Below are positions 1 through 12,000 of a stretch of DNA of 64,000 bases, piece by piece (position 1 is the first letter of the stretch; every line of letters begins with the position of its first letter). Source of the DNA: Octopus vulgaris (lineage: Eukaryota); the NCBI GenBank assembly GCA_951406725.2, contig OX597824.1:54188001-54252000 (forward strand), in the 5' to 3' direction. Made by a program: the position numbers and the translations under genes. The notes beneath the pieces are model-generated. The model was given only the letters and a program-made list of their open reading frames with translations, had not been told where the DNA came from and did no database searches.

Positions 1-234
1 TCTAAAAAGAGATGGCGTGGAAGGATTCTGACTATCTACCCAAATGACTAAAAGTGGACTGACTCATTGCTATAAAATAAAGAACTGTGAGCAATTGAGG
101 GTGTGCAGTTCACAGTGAGCTGTTGGCAGAGAGTGTTTAATCTCGTGTAACAGTAATCATAGTGCGTCATATAAATATTTTCTTTTTCCCTGCTTTGTTA
201 AATCATTTATCCAATACCAGGATATTAAAGTTAT

Positions 235-500
235 CTAGACACCCTTACCAACAGTGTAGGAGGATGTTCTGAAAGCATAATAGCCAGGGTAGGAACAAAT
301 TTCAAGAAGTTAAGGGAGCCATCACCTCTGCTGACAAGGGCTTCTTTCTTCAAGAGAAGAGTAGATTGCATGGTACTTGTGTATGAAATATGATGCTGTA
401 TGGCAGTGAGATGTGGGCACTGGATGTAGAGAATGTGTGAAGATTGGCAAGAACTGTAGCAGGTATGATCAGCTGGATGTTTGCCTGGATGACAAAGAAT
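235..500 (+). mobile_element. Old degenerate RTE fragment
   Basis: Diverged match to the GGCSES...MLYGSE-W region of the RTE ORF. Confidence 0.55.
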
Positions 501-852
501 TTCTGTCCACATTCCTGTATTAATTTCAGTCACTTGGCTATTGTTATACTGGAGCAGGTCTTCAGTTCAGACAATACTAGATCCATAATGTTGAACCACT
601 GAACAAGACATAACTTTGCTTACCTCAGTTGTCTGGATGAGGAGCTGACAATTTTACTTCTCTATTGATTGTCTAGTAAAAGGAAAAACATCCCACTCTT
701 CTTAGTATTAACTCTAATTTTCTTGATATGTAGTATCTAATATGGTGGTAGAATTAGTGTTGTTGTTTATTTTCTCTTCTTAATGTAAATAGTTTATTGC
801 ATCAAAGTTTCCTATAGTGTAAAAAAATCATGCATTAGACAAATGTACCTCT

Positions 853-1910
853 CATCCATGCTAGCATTGGTTGGACGGTTCGACCGGGGTCTGGGAAGCC
901 AGGAGGCTGCACCAGGCTCCAATCTGATCTGGCAGTGTTTCTACAGCTGGATGCCCTTCCTAACACCAACCACTCTGTGAGTGTAGTGGGTGCTTTTTAT
1001 GTGTCACCGGCACAGGTGCCAGGGGAGGCTGGCAGCGGACATGATCAGTTGGTGCTTTTTACGTGCCACTGGCACAGAAGCCAGTCAAGGTGGCGCTGGC
1101 ATCGGCCACGTTCGGATGGTGCTTTTTACATGCCACCAGCACAAGTATCACAAGTACAATTTCCATTTGATTTTTATTTTGATGTTGATGTACTTGACTC
1201 AATAGGTCTCCTCAAGCACAGCAGGTTGCCCTACGATCCAAGGTAAGAGCAGCAAGGTACTTTAGATGGGCTGGGGCTGCTATGTGAAGCTGGTGCAGGA
1301 AACAGCCATGAACTCACATTATTTGTCGGGTCTTCGCAGTCACAGCATATCTCCAAAGATCTCGGTTTTTCGTCATTGCCTCTGTGAGGCCCAATGTCCG
1401 AAGGTCATGCTTGACCACCTCATCCCATGTCTTCCTGGGTCTACATCTACCCTGGATTCCTTGAACTGTTTGGGAGTGGCACTTCTTCACACATCTCTCC
1501 TTATCCATCCATAGTACATGACCATACGAGCACAAACATCTCTCTTGCACACCACATCTGATGCTTCTTATGTCCAGCATTTCTCTCAGGGCTCTTACAC
1601 TCTGTTGTGTGAGCACACTGACATTACACATCCAGCAAATCATCCTAGCTTCATTTCTTTCAAGCCTATGCATGTTTCACTACCATGAAGCATGGCAGTT
1701 CGCACATATGCATCATACAATCTACCTTTCACTCTGAGTGAGAGAGACCCTTTGTCACCAGTAGGGGTAGAAGCTTTGTAAACTTTGCCCAAGCTATTTG
1801 TATTCTAATGGTGACACTCTCTGAGCATCCACCTCCACTACTAACTTGGTCACCTTGGTTGCAGAAATGATCAACTTCTTCTAGTTTCTTCCCCTGGAGT
1901 GTGATGAACC
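853..1910 (-). mobile_element. 5'-truncated RTE LINE
   Basis: ORF 1314-1673 (...RPRKTWDEVVKHDLRTLGL) plus the family 3' UTR containing ggatgcccttcctaacaccaaccac. Confidence 0.88.
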
Positions 1911-2092
1911 TATCTATTTATCTATCTTTATTTTTGTTTTGATTGACAAGAACTGATTGAATGAATGAACTCTCATAAATAGAATAAATATTAAGAGTAC
2001 TGAAACTATACTTCCTAAATTACCAAATCTACTTCTTTACATACAAGTGCAAAGTATACTCTGTATACACATTCATTCATGCCCACACTATA

Positions 2093-2998
2093 CAATGAAA
2101 AATGCAGACGCATGGAGGTTGCTATTCTTAAGCTATTAAAGTTAGGGTTAAGTTATTAAAGTACAGGATAAGTTATTACACCTGGAAGAGTACAGGACAA
2201 GCATATTTATACTTAAAATATTGCCGCTATTGTTAAAATTTTTAAATATATTTAGATTTAAAAACTAAAAATAATAGCTTTTATTAGCTATTCTATAATT
2301 AAAAATTCAACTCACATAAATTTAAGGCTATTAGCAAAAAGTAACAAATTTCTCAGTACACCCATTAAAAACTTTTTTTCAATTACAAGTTTAAGAACTA
2401 CTAAAATTCCTTTTTTGCTCATCTTTTTGATAAAAATTGGCACACTATAATTCATTGATAAAGACACCATAAGGCTAGTCTTCTGGAAATTTCAAAAAAG
2501 GAAAGTTCAGTTGATAACTTTATGGTAGGATTGAGGCTTAGAGGAGGATACAGTGATATTTTCCAGAGGCGGGTGGGGGCATACTCTTCCTAATTAAATT
2601 TTTTGCTTTTGGGGTAGTATACCATATAAAAAATTCTTCTTGGTGAGGGGCTATATAGCCTATGTGGTATGAAATATCAGGGGAAGTAAATCCCTTAATA
2701 CACCCACTCCATACGGATATGGGAGTATTTAAGAACTTGTAATTGAAAAAATATTTTTAATGGGGCTATTGAAAAATCTTTTATTTTTTGTTAACAGTTA
2801 GCCTTAAATTTATTATTTGAATTAATTTTTAATCAAAGAGTGGCTAATAAAAGCTATTATTTTTAGTTTTTAAATCTAAATATATTTTAAAATTTTAACT
2901 ACAGCTGCAATATTTTAAGCAAAAATATGCTTGTCCTGTACTTTTCCTGGTGTAATAACTTAAGAATAATAACCTCCATGTGCCCGCATTTTCCATTG
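2093..2998. mobile_element. Non-autonomous TIR element (MITE-like) with long imperfect TIRs and TA target duplication
   Basis: ta|caatgaaaaatgcagacgcatggagg ... cctccatgtgcccgcattttccattg|ta; arms of about 300 bp (2093-~2395 vs ~2730-2998). Confidence 0.75.
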
Positions 2999-4410
2999 TA
3001 ATCCATTTTCACCCCCAGGCAATGCAATTAAACTAATAAATAGTGACAATAATTTATAATTGTACTTCATTAAAAATTTTTCATTTTATTTAATACTTTT
3101 GTTAAATAATTTTTCAATTCTTTTTCATGTTTGATGATTGAATTAAAATAAGAATAAGTATTAATCTAAGTAAATAATAAATGAATTGTAAGAGCACTTT
3201 AGTTACACTGGCTCATGATAAAATCAAAAATTGTAACTAAGATTAGAAAATGAGCAATGTAGAGAAAATTATTAGAATAATTAATAGAAATAGATTTATG
3301 CTAGAAAGGCGGCACATATTTGCACTTGATGTTGGACTTCAAGCAGTGCTAGATTTCCAACATATGAAATAAGTTGTAAATAAGTATTAGTTTGTTAGAT
3401 CATGCCAAAAAATAAATAATTAAATAAAAAAAATCAGTGAGTGGTGAATTTGCAATTTTCTTTCATTGTAGTAGTCAAAAAACGCAAGTTGCTGTGCTAG
3501 AAATGCTAAATATTGATTCATACTACCTAAATGCAAGTTATAAGTAATCAATATATTAGTCAATCAAACAATCATTCACAGTAAAAGGTTAATTAATTAT
3601 GAGAATTATAATTGTAAATGTAATTAAATATTCAATCATTAATTAGCAAAAAACCAAAAAAGAAAAAAGAAATGCACCTATTTGATTCAAAACGTTCATT
3701 TTTTTGTTTTATTTATTTATTTTTTTAACACACATGTGTGCCTTTTTTGTTTTTTATTTTAAATTTTTTTCTTGGTTTTTAAAATTTTAAAATCTTTTGG
3801 AGTTATATATTTTATAATTAAGATAATAATAAATAAATTATAGTATAACTATCAAACAGAAATGAGCTTTTCTTCAAATTAAATTTTAAGAATTTTTTTA
3901 TTTACTTTAATTCAGAAAATTGATTCAAAAACGAAATTAAAGCTAAATTCTGCAAATAAAGACTAGATCTAATATTTTTTGACTAAATTTGGATGTATTC
4001 AGACTAGAAAGTATGAGATATATATACAGTAACATATCTGGGTTAAAGAAAAAGGAGAGTGAAGATTAAAAGATCAACCACTGCCATGGTTAAATGATAT
4101 CTGTGTGTGTTTGTGTGTGTGTATGTGTGTGTGAGAGAGAGAGAGTGAAAGAGATAGAGAGAGAGTGAAAGAGAGAGAGAGAGTTTTAAAATTAAGGAAG
4201 TAGAGTAGTAAATTGGCATTATTCATCTATCTGTCTTTCTCTTTCTTGCTCTCTGTCTCTACATTTTTGGCGAGGATATGGTATTATTTCTAACATTTGA
4301 AGTGTCTCTAAATAGGCTATACTCTCATAGTAGCAGAGGAAAAGAGAAAGAAAGAAATCCTACTAGTGCTGCAAGGGAGATTACTGTGTATATTTTATAT
4401 ATTATAATAC

Positions 4411-4448
<38 letters not shown>

Positions 4449-4481
4449 TCTTTCTCTCTCTCTTTCTCTCTATATATATTT

Positions 4482-5178
4482 GACAAAATGAGGTAACAAA
4501 GCCAAAGCTGTGAGGAGTTTTCAGGACATTTATCACGAAAAAGATATAGTCTTACAGCTGTTGCTGGGATATATGGATATCCCTCCAGTAACGGTGTGAG
4601 ATGGTTAAATACAGGTAAATATTTGAGTTTGAAATAAGGAATTATTATGGAAAAGGAGGTGATAGGGAATACAGGGGAAAATAAGAGAATCAAAGTAGAA
4701 ATAAAATATAAAATATATAAAGATATTGTAGTTGCAGTTCCATTTTTTGAGGTAAGTGTTGTATAGAAGTGATAAAAAAGTTTCCTGTACATGGTATGTA
4801 AGTTCCAATAGTAGTTCATTCAAAAGACCCTTTTGAATGAGCAACACAGAATTTACGGCTCCATACTTTGAAATGACTAAACATGAACTACTATTGGAAC
4901 TTACCTCAAATAATGGAACTGCAACTACAATATCTTTATATATTTTATATTTTATTTCTACTTTCATTCTCTTATTTCCCTCTGTATTCCCTATCTCTTC
5001 CTTTTCCATAATAATTCCTTATTTCGAACTCAAATATTTACCTCTATTTAACCATCTCACACCGTTTCTGGAGGGATATCCATATATCCCAGCAACAGCT
5101 GTAAGACTATATCTATATCTTTTTCCTTATAAATGTCCTGAAAGCTCCTCACAGTCTTGGCTTTGTTACCTCATTTTG

Positions 5179-5180
<2 letters not shown>
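4482..5180. repeat. Fold-back element, ~280-bp inverted arms, with half-hammerhead remnants
   Basis: 4482-4757 is the reverse complement of 4899-5180; flanked by (TC)n/(TA)n; arms contain gggatat-ccat-atatccc-a-GCAAC-AGCT-GTA. Confidence 0.85.
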
Positions 5181-5218
<38 letters not shown>

Positions 5219-5354
5219 GCTAATATAAGACCCACATTAGACTCCTCACTCGTATCACTATTGAACCAAGTGTTTAACTTCTGTCTCTTCATAGCACTTA
5301 CTTAGCATTACCTGCTACTCTTTGGGTCTTCTAGATACCAATACCTCCTATCTA

Positions 5355-5520
<166 letters not shown>

Positions 5521-5769
5521 TTCCAAGAATTATTTGTGCCGGTCTCAAAAAACAATACATTACTCATTTTAATATGTTCCATTCGTTCTTCTAATTTAAT
5601 ATTTATATAATTATATATAACTATATAATTCCAAGTATCTACCCAACAGCCTTTCTTACACAATGGATAAATTAAAGCGTACTTTAAGTGGTGATGATAC
5701 TGATGAAGAGCATGGAATCGTAACACAGGTGCACCTTCTCTTATATTCATATTTGGATTGTACTTTATA

Positions 5770-5896
5770 ATCTCTGAAGGGGCCTTGGGATATATATGTA
5801 AGTATCTCATTTATAACCACATATTAACTTAACATACCTGGCTAATATGAGCATAATGAGATACTCATATCTACATGGCTGAAACAGCTGTAAAAT
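5770..5896 (+). ncRNA. Degenerate type I hammerhead ribozyme, long helix II
   Basis: atct-CTGAAGG(A9>G)-ggcc...agtatctcatt/aatgagatact...ggct-GAAAC-AGCT-GTA-aaat. Confidence 0.6.
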
Positions 5897-6103
5897 CTAG
5901 TTTATATTTATATTTATATTTATTTATATTTATTTATACGTATTGTACTTATTGTATCATATTACTCATTGATGTGCACTGTTGTGTTCTGTATTATTGT
6001 GTTTGATCTTGATGTTCATATGTAGTTGGTTAATAAATTATGTGAATGGGTATTATCTGGTAGTTGATTATTGATTAAAGTGTATTCCTCCATTTTCTTA
6101 TTT

Positions 6104-6140
<37 letters not shown>

Positions 6141-6143
<3 letters not shown>

Positions 6144-7705
6144 GTCCTCAGCCCCCTCCTATTTATCATAGTCCTCCAAGCAATAATGGAGAAATTTAAG
6201 ACAGGATGCCCCTGGGAGCTCTACTATGCTGATGACCTTGCTCTAATTGCTGAGTCACTATCAGAACTAGAGGCAAAGTTTCAAGTGTGGAAACAAGGAT
6301 TAGAATCGACATAGCTGAAACCAAAGTCCTATTATGTAGGAAGGCAGGCAAACCACAAATCCCTTCAGGTAGATGGCCCCGCTCAATCTGTAGTAGAGGT
6401 GTAGGTAGAAACTCTATAAGATGCACCCAGTGTAAGCTATGGACACATAAGAGGTGCAGTAATATCAAAGGGAGGCTAACGGAGAAGATAGCTTTTGTAT
6501 GTGGCAGATGCTCGGGAGCAATAAACACTGAAAATGCGCAGAGAACAACTTCCGCCACATTCAAGGGAGAAAAACTAGAAGTGGTTGATAGCTTCCATTA
6601 CCTAGAGCACCAAGTCTAGCGTAGGTGGGTGCACTGAAAGTGTAGCTACTAGAATAAGAATAGCTTGGGCAAATTTGAGAGAGCTCTTACCTCTGCTGGC
6701 GACAAAGGGCCTCTCACTCAGAGTAAAAGGTAGACTGTATGACACTTGTGTATGAACAACCATGTTACATGGCAGTGAAACATAGGCTGTGTTTGCTGAG
6801 GACATGCATAAGCTTGCAAGGAATGAAGCCAGTATGATCCGATGGATGTGTAATGTCAGTGTGCTTACTCGACAGAGTGTAGGTACCTTGAGAGAAATGT
6901 TGGACCTAAGAAGCATCAGATGTGGTGTGCAAGAGAGATGACTGTGCTGGTATGGTCATATGGCAAGAATGGACGAGGATAGCTGTGTGTAAAAGTGCCA
7001 CACCCTAGCAGTTGCGAGAACCTGTGGAAGAGGTAGACCCAGGAAGACCTGCGCTGAAGTGGTGAAGCACGACCTTCGAACTTTAGGCCTCACCAAGGCA
7101 ATGACTAGTTACCGAGACCTTTGGAAATATGCCATGCGTGAGAAGACCAGGCAAGCCAAATGAAACCATAATCTCATGGCCTATGCCAGGGACGTAACCA
7201 GCCCACTTATGCGTACCTTTTCCTCCTTTGGACACTAAAACTCTGCTTGCGAAGACCAGTTGAGGCAAGTGAAATCAATCAACCAATCAAAAGCAAAATC
7301 AAATTCGATGACTGGCGTCCGTGCTAGCAGGGTGCAAAGAGCACCATATGAGCGTGATTATTCACAGAGCAGCTAACTGGCTTCTGTGCCAGTGGGCACA
7401 TAAAGGGCACCATTTGAGCGTGATTGTTACCAAAGTTGCCTTCTGGCACCTGTGCTGGTGGCATGTATAAAAGGATTCGAGTGAGGTAGTTGCCAGTACC
7501 GTCTGACTGGCTCCCATGCCGGTGGCACGGAAAAAGCACCCACTACACTCTTGGAGTGGTTGGCATTAGGAAGGGCATCCAGCTGTAGAAACTCTGCCAA
7601 ATCAAGACTGGAGCCTGGTGCAGCCATCTGGTTCACCAGCCCTCAGTCAAAATTGTCCAACCCATGCTAGTATGGAAAGTGGACGTTAAACGATGATGAT
7701 GATGA
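6141..7705 (+). mobile_element. 5'-truncated RTE LINE
   Basis: YADD, PHD insert, RPRKT C-terminus, 3' UTR and (GAT)n tail. Confidence 0.92.
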
Positions 7706-7718
7706 TATATATATATAG

Positions 7719-7767
<49 letters not shown>

Positions 7768-7857
7768 GGCGATGCCCCAGCATGGCCACAGCTCATGAGC
7801 TGAAACTAGATAAAATAAAAAAAAAATATTATATATATATATTATATGTATATATAA

Positions 7858-7912
<55 letters not shown>

Positions 7913-7916
<4 letters not shown>

Positions 7917-8792
7917 GCAGACTGTATGATGCGTGTGTACGAACAGCCATGCTACATGGCAGTGAAACATGGGCCGTGACTGCTGAGGATATGCGTAAGC
8001 TCGCAAGAAATGAAGCCAGTATGCTCCGATGGATGTGTAATGTCAGTACTCATACTTGGCAGAGTGTAAGTACCTTGAGAGAAAAGCTGGACCTAAGAAG
8101 CATCAGTTGTGGTGTGCAAGATAGACGTTTGCGCTGGTATGGGCATGTGGTGAGAATGGATGAAGATAGTTGTGTGAAAAAGTGCCACACCCTAGCGGTT
8201 GAGGGAACCTGTGGAAGAGGCAGACCCAGGAAAACCTGGGACGAGGTGGTGAAGCACGACCTTCGAACTTTAGGTCTCACTGAGGAAATGACTAGAGACC
8301 GAGACCTCTGGAAGTGTACTGTGCGCGAGAAGACCCGGCAGGACAAGTGAGACCATAACCCGTGGCCTTCTACATGGGATGGAGCCAGCCAACGTATGCA
8401 TACCTTCCCTTCTTGGGACACAAAACTCTACTTGTGAAGACCTGTTGAGGCAAGTGAGGATCAGAATCGAAATCGATCAATGGAAATTGCAGATGTGTTA
8501 ACAGTGCCGGTGGCATGTAAGAGAACCATCCATTCGTGACTGTTGCCAGCACCGCCCCGACTGGCCTCGTGCCGGTGGCACGTAAAAAGCACCATCCATT
8601 CGTGTCCGTTGCCAGCCTCGCCTGGCCCCCGTGCCGGTGGCACATAAAAAGCACCATCCGTTCGTGGCCGTTTGCCGGCTCTGTCTGGCACCTGTGCAGC
8701 CTTCTGGCTTCACAGACCCCAGTTGAACCGTCCAACCCATGCTAGCATGGAATGCGGACGCTAAACGATGATGATGATGATGATGATGATGA
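7913..8792 (+). mobile_element. 5'-truncated RTE LINE
   Basis: ORF 7949-8350 is the RTE C-terminus, followed by 3' UTR and (GAT)n tail. Confidence 0.92.
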
Positions 8793-8813
8793 TATATTAT
8801 ATATATATATATA

Positions 8814-8853
<40 letters not shown>

Positions 8854-9030
8854 CACACACGCGCACACATACACACACACACACACACTCACCCACTATT
8901 AAACCTTTCTTTCAAGATATATGGGCTGCAACTGGGAAGTGCTCAGAATGAGTCTGAGACGAATGATAATTGAAGAGGTAAACTGAGAAACAAAGTTTAG
9001 GTCAATCAGCAAATTCCCAAATGGAAAATG

Positions 9031-12000
9031 CATCATCATCATCATCATCATCATCATTTAGCGTCCGTTTTCCATGCTAGCATGGGTTGGACGGTTTAAC
9101 TGGGGTCTGTGAAGCCGGAAGGCTTCATCAGGCCCAGTCAGATTGGCAGTGTTTCTAACGCCAACCACTCTAACGCCCTTCCTAACGCCAACCACTCCGT
9201 GAGTATAGTGGGTGCTTTTTACGTGCCACCTGCACAGGTGCCAGACAGAGCTGGCAAACGGCCACGAACGGATGGTGCTTTTAAGTGCTACCGGCACGGG
9301 GGCCAGGCGAGGCTGGCAACGGACACGAACGGATGGTGCTTTTACGTGCTACCGGCACGGGGCCAGGCGAGGCTGGCAACGGACACGAACGGATGGTGCT
9401 TTTACGTGCTACTGGCACGGGGGCCAGGCGAGGCTGGTAACGGACATGAACAGATGGTGCTTTTACGTGCTACCGGCACGGGGGCCAGGCGAAGCTGGCA
9501 ACGGACAAACGATCGGATGGTTCGCTTAACCACAGCTGCAATTTCCACTGATGTTGATTTGGTTTTGACTGTTCTCACTGGTCTTGCCGGGTCTTCTCAC
9601 GCACAGCATACTTCCATAGGTCTCGGTCTCTAGTCATTTCCTTGGTGATACCTAAAGTTCGAAGGTCATGCTTCACTACCTCGTCCCAGGTTTTCCTGGG
9701 TCTAACTCTTCTACAGGTTCCCTCAACTGCTAGAGTGTGGCACTTTTGCACACAACTATCTTCACCCATTCTCGTCACATGCCCATACCAGCGCAGACGT
9801 CTCTCTTGCACACCACAACTGATGCTTCTTAGGTTCAACTTTTCTCTCAAGGTACTTACATTCTGTCGATTATGAACACTGACATTACACATCCATCGGA
9901 GCATACTGGCTTCATTTCTTGCGAGCTTACGCATATCCTCAGCTGTCACAGCCCATGTTTCACTACCATGTAGCATGGCTGTATGTACACATGCATCATA
10001 CAGTCTGCCTTTTACTCTGAGTGAGAGGCCTTTTGTCACCAGCAGGGGTAAGAGCTCTCTAAACTTTGCCCAGGCTATTCTTACTCTAGCAGTTACACTT
10101 TCAGTTACACCCACCCCCGCTACTGACTTTGTTACCTAGGTAGCGGAAGCTATCAACTACTTCTAGTTTTTCTCCCTGGAACATGGTAGACGTTGGTCTC
10201 TGCACATTTTCAGTGTTTATTGCTCCTGAGCATCTGCCACAGACAAAAACTATTTTCCTAGTTAGCCTTCCTTTGACATTGCTACACCTCTTATGTGTCC
10301 ATAGCTTGCACTTGGTGCACCTTATAGAGTTTCTACCTACACCTTTTTTACAGATCGAGCAGGGCCATCTACCTGAAGGCGTTTGTGACTTGTCTACTTT
10401 CCTACTTATTAGGACTTTGGTTTTGGCTAGATTGATTCTGAGGCCCTTCGATTCTAGACCTTCCTTCCACACCTGAAACTTCTCCTCCAGTTCTGATAGT
10501 GACTCAGCAATTAGAGCAAGGTCATCAGCATAGAGGAGCTCCCAGGGGCATCCTGTCTTGAATTCCTCCGTTATTGCCTGGAGGACTATGATAAATAGGA
10601 GGGGACTGAGGACTGAATCTTGGTGGACCCCAACCTCTACCCGGAATTCTTCACTGTACTCGTTGCCAACCCTCACCTTACTAGCAGCGTCTCTGTACAT
10701 GGCTCACACAGCTCTAACTAACCATTCATCTATCCCTAGTTTCCTCATTGACCACCAGATAAGGGATTGGGGAACCCTGTCGAAGGCTTTCTCCATGTCT
10801 ACAAAAGCCAGGTACAGGGGCTTATCTTTGGCTAGGTATTTCTCCTGCAGCTGTCTTACCAGGAATATAGCATCAGTAGTACTTCTCCCTGGCACGAACC
10901 CAAACTGCATCTCATCTAAGCTAATTCTCTCTCTAATTAGTTGGGCTATAACCCTCTCCGTAACCTTCATTACCTGATCCAGCAGCTTGATACCTCTGTA
11001 GTTATTTGTATCTAGGGCGTCACCTTTACCTTTGTAGCAGCTGACTATTATGCTGCTACACCAGTCATTGGGTATGACTCCTTCGTGTATCACCTGGTTA
11101 ACTATACGGGTGAGTAGGCTATAGCCGACACTACCAGATATTTTGAGCATCTCTGCAGTAATACCTGATGGGCCTGGGGCTTTCCCTGTTTTCATGCCTG
11201 TAATTGCCTTAACTACTAAAGAACTGTCAACTCAGATTGCTGGTCCCTCTGATGGGTCGACATTTGGCAGACTCTCTTTATCCCATTCATTTTCCTCATT
11301 CAGCAACCTTTCATAGTGGCGTCTCCAAACCTCTCTCTTTGCATCCTCATTTAGCGCAAGTGAACCGTCATCCTCGCGAACACATTTCTCTCCTACTACG
11401 TCACGATTCTCTCTCACACACTGTCTTGCAACACGAAATACCTCAAGTCTTACATCCTCCCGGCGCAGGACATTGGCAAATTTTTTCTTATCTGCTTCCC
11501 CTCTGGCTAAATACACCTGCCTCCTAGCTTCCCTTCTGGCAGTCTGATACACTTCCCTGCTACCACCATTCTTCCAGTCCTTCCAAGCCTTTCTCTTTTG
11601 TCTAATAGCCCTGTCAACAATATTGTTCCACCACCACGTTATTTTGGGTCTTGAGGGGACTTTGCACCAGCCACAGATCTGGTCAGTGGCTTTCAGCAGG
11701 TTGTCCCTTAGAAGCGTCCAGTTGTCTTCTACCCCATGTGTAGCTATACCCCCTTCTATTTCGTCAAAGGCTTCAAGTAACATCTCTCTAAATCTCTGTC
11801 CATTTGCAGGGTCTTTAAGCTTCCAGACCCTTCTTCTCCATGTTGGTCATCTTCTAGTCGTCCTCTTAGTCCTGATCCTAAAGTCACTAACTACCAGTCT
11901 ATGTTGTGGGGTACATTCTTCGCCTGGGAAGGTTTTGGCATTTATAAGCAGCCATCTTTCCCTTTTTCTGGCAAGGATGTAGTCGATTTGACTAGTATTC

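Noticed and set aside
62-118. KNCEQLR peptide as an upstream GPATCH11 exon
   Set aside because: In-frame stops nearby, no convincing splice sites, and similarity limited to a few residues.
4325-5223. Two similar hydrophobic ORFs on opposite strands
   Set aside because: Result from the inverted repeat in AT-rich DNA; no protein family signature.
9010-9030. Target-site duplication for the full-length RTE
   Set aside because: No matching copy found around 12900-13600, so the 5' boundary stays approximate.
10183-10977. Plus-strand ORFs overlapping the RTE (and equivalents in other copies)
   Set aside because: Antisense shadows of the RT ORF.
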